DNA of 64,000 nt, taken from positions 25,593 through 89,592 of IMG/VR virus record IMGVR_UViG_3300017917_001434; one strand, 5' to 3'. The DNA is from a virus. The notes below the pieces were generated by a model. It did no database searches. It had not been told where the DNA came from and saw only the letters and a list, made by a program, of their open reading frames with translations. Positions 59,597-64,000 of the stretch are shown one piece after another; position 1 is the stretch's first letter; each line of letters begins with the position of its first letter. Both the position numbers and the translations under genes were made by a program.

Positions 59597-59667
59597 AACA
59601 CAGCCTAGGACCGTTAGTGTTAGGCCGTTGGGCGGCTGCTGCCCTGGAGGGATGCCAAAAGTGAGCA
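59597..59667 (+). ncRNA. candidate pseudoknotted RNA element
   Basis: GC-rich intergenic segment with AACAC/GTGTT, GCCT/AGGC, GGGC/GCCC, TGG/CCA and TGCT/AGCA pairings. Confidence 0.45.
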
Positions 59668-59679
59668 TAGGATATAATA

Positions 59680-60258
59680 ATGTTAGCCATAGAACTATTT
59701 GAAAATTCTCCAGACACTCCTCAGGGTAGTCGCACACAAGATCTCAACCTTGGCAAACTATGGCTATTAACAGAATTAAAACGTTTGGGTTTAGCAGACT
59801 TTGATAATGTTTATGTATTAGGCTCATGGTACGGTAGTATGGGTCCTTACTTACTATACAAAGAACTTGACTTTGGTCATGCTTATCTCTTAGACATCAA
59901 AGACAAAAATACTCAATGGGTAAATCGTTATAATCAACAGTTAGGTATAGATGATAAAATTACTGCCTTAACTCAAGATTGCTGTGCTACAGAATTCAAG
60001 GGCGATCGCATACTCATAATCAACACCAGCACTAACGACATACCCAGTACACAATGGTTAGATAACACACCCCCAGGCACGGTAGTAGCCATACAAGGAC
60101 GTGATGGACAACCCAATAATCCAGACAATCCTGCGCAGGATATAGACTCGTTTGATCAACGTTATCCCTTGAGTCGTACATTATTGTTAGATAGTATTAA
60201 GTTGCAGGGCGCAGATGGCAAGCCTTACAATCGTTTTATGAAAATCGGAATACGATAA
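59680..60258 (+). CDS. class I SAM-dependent methyltransferase-like protein
   Basis: VYVLGSWYG, LLDI, IINTS; MLAIELFE leader. Confidence 0.65.
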   Translation: MLAIELFENSPDTPQGSRTQDLNLGKLWLLTELKRLGLADFDNVYVLGSWYGSMGPYLLYKELDFGHAYLLDIKDKNTQWVNRYNQQLGIDDKITALTQDCCATEFKGDRILIINTSTNDIPSTQWLDNTPPGTVVAIQGRDGQPNNPDNPAQDIDSFDQRYPLSRTLLLDSIKLQGADGKPYNRFMKIGIR

Positions 60259-60265
60259 ATACACA

Positions 60266-63238
60266 ATGCGCTACGAACAAATCAAACCCATTCTCGACGA
60301 AGAAGTACTTGACGAAGTCAAGATGTCGCCATCAGCCCTACAAAAATTTGCTCGCAGTCCAGAAGCAGAAGGTATGCTTATGGGCATAGAATTTGAAATG
60401 TGCGTGCCTAATGTCTCAGTGGATGACGACAGTGGTGAGGGTGAATACGACTATGACATGGACGAGCGTGCCTACAGTATCGACGACATTGTTGAGTTTT
60501 TCCAAAACGGTGAAATGGCACAGTTAACACGCAACGGTGCTGAACGACTACGTCAAGAAATGTGGGACCAATACCTAGATTGGACCGGCGAAAAGATACA
60601 AGAAGATCTTGACCAAAGTGAATTAGAAAGTCGTGTACGTAATCAACTACTTGATGATATGGACGTTAACGATTACATGGACGCTGCCGCAGAAGAACTT
60701 GGCATCGACCCTACAGAAGATGACGAAAGCGAAGCTAAGGTACGTGAGCGTGCTGAAGAATTACTAGATGACGCTGTAGAAGAAATGATGGGCGACAGTC
60801 CCGAATACGAATATGCCTACGATAATATCCGCCAAGAGATGGAAGATGAAATGCGCGACAGTGCTGACTACGATCAAGAAGCGTGGTTGCGTGACATTGG
60901 CATTGACTACATGAGTGAAGCTGAGCGTGAGTGGAACTTAGATTGGCCGCACTGGACATCCTATGGTGGCGAAGGTGAACTTGATGTAGAAACAGTGGGC
61001 GATGAGTTTGGTCGTGCTATGGGCTTAGACTTTGTTAATACATCCAGCAGTTATCACGGCGCACGTCGTGATGGTAAAAACTGGATCATTGAACCTGATA
61101 GCAGTATCGATGCTGACTCAGGTGATGGTGGTTTAGAGTTTGTTAGTCCACCTATGCCAATTAAAGATGGCTTAGAAATGATACAGAAAATGTATGCTTG
61201 GGCTAAGAAAGAAGGCTGTTATACTAATAAGTCAACTGGCCTACACATGAACATTAGTGTTCCAGACATGACCATTGATAAGTTAGACTATGTCAAACTA
61301 GCACTATTCCTAGGCGATGAATACGTATTAAAACAATTTGGTCGTGAATATAATAGTTACTGTAAGAGTGCTATGAGCAAGATCAAAGACCGTGTTCGTC
61401 CAGAAGAAGTTTCAGTGGTTTTGGCTACTATGAAACAACACTTAAATAGTCTAGCCAGTAAAACTATTCACAGTGGTATTACAGACAAGTATACGTCAAT
61501 TAATACTAAAGACAAATATGTAGAGTTTCGTGGTCCTGGTGGTGATTACCTTAATAAAGATCCGTTTGAAATTATCAACACTGCTCTGCGCCTAAGCATG
61601 AGCCTACGTATTGCCACTGACCCAGAAGCATACAAAAAAGAGTATGCTAAGAAACTGTACAAATTAATAGAACAAGGTGGTGACCCTGATGAAGCAGTTC
61701 AACTATTCAGCAAATATGCTGTAGGTGAATTGCCTAAAGAAGACCTAATTGCCCGTATTAAATTTGCTCGCAAAGAACGTGAAATTAAGAAAGGTAAAAC
61801 ATCTTCAGTAAGTCGTGCTATCGACAGCCCTGCGATCAAAGATGAGATACGCAAGTTACCAAGTTACTACAGAGAACTAGCCGGTGATATTAAAGATTGG
61901 GACGAAGATCGTATAAAAAATATACTTCGTCGCATTGAAACTGATGACTGGGGTGATGGATTAACTCCAGATCAGAAAAATCTTTTTACAACTATTCTAA
62001 ACAATGAACTAGAGTACCGTGCCGCACAAGGTGAAAAGAAACAATACTGGGTAATGAATAAAGATGGCACAGGCGGCAAACAAATGGTATTTGCTGACAA
62101 CGAAAACGAAGCCATTCTCAAAGGTGGCAAGCAGATGGGCATGAGTCGCGAAGAAAGTATCACTAAACTTCGCGCATCTGAAAAAGTAGAAGAACCAGCC
62201 AGCACAGCACAAGGCAGCGGCAGTGGTCGCACAAAATACTCACGTGATGTGCAAATCATTATCGCCTCTATGCCTAGTCCTTTTGCAAGTTTTACTGAGA
62301 ATATTCCAATTAAAACCGACGAAACTCTTGCCACAGCAGTTCGCAGAGCCGCAGATGGCGAGTTTGACGATTCTTTAAATCGCAAACAACTTCAAACTTT
62401 AATACAATTAATCAACGATGAACAATCATACCGTGCTGCCTACGGCGAAGGCCCTGCGGCATCTGGAACTGAACTTGAATTCCAAACAGGCGAACCGGCG
62501 ACAACAGAGCCATCACTGCCAACCAACTGGGATCAATGGATTAGATCCATTGGCGCTTTAGAAACCAGCACACTGAACAACGTAGCACGTATGGTTCGCC
62601 AAGGTGGCAATGAAGTAATTAACAGTCTGACAGCTAGTGATCGCGAATACTTATTAAGTCGTATTAGCCAAGAAATTGAACGTCGTGCTACAGGCGGAAG
62701 TAATGCGGGCACAACAGAATGGCCTCGTCCATGGAATCAATGGGTAGCAAATATACAAGATCAAGGACTAGCAAACATCAACAATGTTCGCGCAACTATG
62801 AGCGACCCTGCCTACACAGGTACCGTATTAAGCAACGAACAAAAACGTGAACTTGTTCAATTAATTGATGTTGAACTACGCCGCAGAATGGAAGCAGGTG
62901 AAACTGGTGAAGAGCCGGCACAACAGGAATTAAACTTTGACCAAGATCCTGCGGCTGCACAGCAACAACAGCTAAGACGTGATGATCCTGTTACATCGAA
63001 CGATCCCGAAGCAGAAAGTCCTATTGCTAATCAAGGCACAGAAGATTTTAGGATTTACAATCCCTACACTAATAGTGTAGTCAGCATAGTGCGTCAAGGT
63101 ACACTAGACTATGCCATACAAAAAGCACGTCAACATGAACAAGACCTAGGCCTAGAAGCAGGTACACTACAAGTAAGTCGTGTAGAGCAAACTAACGAAT
63201 CAATAAATATACTAAAGAGATTAGCAGGTGTTAGATAA
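60266..63238 (+). CDS. putative amidoligase (COOH-NH2 ligase) with acidic insert and C-terminal repeats
   Basis: GIEFE, EPDSSI, LEFVSP, STGLHMNIS, KYTSIN, VEFR. Confidence 0.8.
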   Translation: MRYEQIKPILDEEVLDEVKMSPSALQKFARSPEAEGMLMGIEFEMCVPNVSVDDDSGEGEYDYDMDERAYSIDDIVEFFQNGEMAQLTRNGAERLRQEMWDQYLDWTGEKIQEDLDQSELESRVRNQLLDDMDVNDYMDAAAEELGIDPTEDDESEAKVRERAEELLDDAVEEMMGDSPEYEYAYDNIRQEMEDEMRDSADYDQEAWLRDIGIDYMSEAEREWNLDWPHWTSYGGEGELDVETVGDEFGRAMGLDFVNTSSSYHGARRDGKNWIIEPDSSIDADSGDGGLEFVSPPMPIKDGLEMIQKMYAWAKKEGCYTNKSTGLHMNISVPDMTIDKLDYVKLALFLGDEYVLKQFGREYNSYCKSAMSKIKDRVRPEEVSVVLATMKQHLNSLASKTIHSGITDKYTSINTKDKYVEFRGPGGDYLNKDPFEIINTALRLSMSLRIATDPEAYKKEYAKKLYKLIEQGGDPDEAVQLFSKYAVGELPKEDLIARIKFARKEREIKKGKTSSVSRAIDSPAIKDEIRKLPSYYRELAGDIKDWDEDRIKNILRRIETDDWGDGLTPDQKNLFTTILNNELEYRAAQGEKKQYWVMNKDGTGGKQMVFADNENEAILKGGKQMGMSREESITKLRASEKVEEPASTAQGSGSGRTKYSRDVQIIIASMPSPFASFTENIPIKTDETLATAVRRAADGEFDDSLNRKQLQTLIQLINDEQSYRAAYGEGPAASGTELEFQTGEPATTEPSLPTNWDQWIRSIGALETSTLNNVARMVRQGGNEVINSLTASDREYLLSRISQEIERRATGGSNAGTTEWPRPWNQWVANIQDQGLANINNVRATMSDPAYTGTVLSNEQKRELVQLIDVELRRRMEAGETGEEPAQQELNFDQDPAAAQQQQLRRDDPVTSNDPEAESPIANQGTEDFRIYNPYTNSVVSIVRQGTLDYAIQKARQHEQDLGLEAGTLQVSRVEQTNESINILKRLAGVR

Positions 63239-63888
63239 TGGCAAATACATTTTTAAGAAAAATAAGCAGCAACATAAGCACAACACTTACCTCAGTGGGT
63301 AGTTATACTGTTGGTGCAAACATTGGTGCTGTTGTAGTGGGATTAAGTATCTCTAATACTACTCCTTCGCAGGTATTTGCCAATGTTACAATTAATAACG
63401 GGTCTACTGATTACTATATTGTTCGTAATGCTACTATCCCAGCCGAAGGTACTTTAATTACAGTCGGCGGAGATCAAAAAGTAATATTACAAACAGGGGA
63501 CAGCGTCAAAGTATCAGCAAGCGGTAACGTAGATGTTATTATGAGTGTTATGGAAAGTGAAAGTGTTGGCTTAACTGTTGACGGTGGTGGCGGAGGTGGT
63601 GGCGGAACTACATACTCGCACTTAACAGGTGATTGGACCGATGGATTCTTCTATTCAGAACCAGGTCAAAATAATATTAGCCTAAACACAAGTCTTGCAG
63701 TACTAAGTTTCTACGATGCGCTTGACTCTACTTCTCCTGGAACTATCTTCACTGTGGTATACAATGATAATTCCACCGACACACTAACACAGTCTGGTGC
63801 TTCAAGTTACTTTGGTGCACAACTTCTTGTGCCAGTAACTGGGTTTGGGTCCGGGTCAATAAAGTCCATCAAATCTATAACATTTTAG
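63238..63888 (+). CDS. structural protein; N-terminal domain paralogous to 5645..5977
   Basis: MANTFLRK...GGDQKVIL...; poly-Gly linker to an extra domain. Confidence 0.65.
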   Translation: MANTFLRKISSNISTTLTSVGSYTVGANIGAVVVGLSISNTTPSQVFANVTINNGSTDYYIVRNATIPAEGTLITVGGDQKVILQTGDSVKVSASGNVDVIMSVMESESVGLTVDGGGGGGGGTTYSHLTGDWTDGFFYSEPGQNNISLNTSLAVLSFYDALDSTSPGTIFTVVYNDNSTDTLTQSGASSYFGAQLLVPVTGFGSGSIKSIKSITF

Positions 63889-63901
63889 AGATTAAGTAAA
63901 T

Positions 63902-64000
63902 ATGAATCTATACGAAATGTTTGATAACAGCAAAGAACTAACGCTAGTGGATGCACTGCGTGATTTCTTGCCTCTGGCTGTTCAAGAACTTAATCTAACA
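63902..64000 (+). CDS. partial ORF MNLYEMFDNSKE... running off the window
   Basis: Open to the window end; CTS-like leader. Confidence 0.55.
   Translation, partial: MNLYEMFDNSKELTLVDALRDFLPLAVQELNLT

Overview
A 64-kb segment of a large lytic T4-like (jumbo-type) myophage genome in the standard genetic code. The host is probably Gram-negative (spanin-like lipoproteins); GroEL, ErpA and IF-1 look proteobacterial. Order of content: a circularly permuted two-piece tmRNA gene, a ParB-like/HNH-like gene pair, groES-groEL, tail-fibre and baseplate genes, and early genes under sigma70 promoters (ligase, SleB hydrolase, HIT, IF-1, ErpA, AdoMet decarboxylase, MazG, a DnaE fragment, a second GroES, clamp loader, PhoH). 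These are followed by a lysis cassette, dnaJ-clpA, and about 20 kb of late genes whose products share an N-terminal leader resembling the T4 capsid-targeting sequence. Main observations: (1) the holin ends in a G_GGA_AAA slippery site plus an H-type pseudoknot opening a start-less 76-codon -1 frame, a probable programmed frameshift giving two holin forms; (2) the permuted tmRNA has a 29-aa LAA tag and its intervening segment is filled by a 34-aa ORF; (3) there is an array of putative capsid-packaged enzymes; (4) several late genes look leaderless (TAAATA-N4-6-ATG); (5) several promoters sit inside terminator or RBS-occluding hairpins; (6) there are two candidate structured RNAs; (7) a GIY-YIG endonuclease insertion has duplicated the end of its target gene. 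All calls come from reading motifs by eye; no searches were run.
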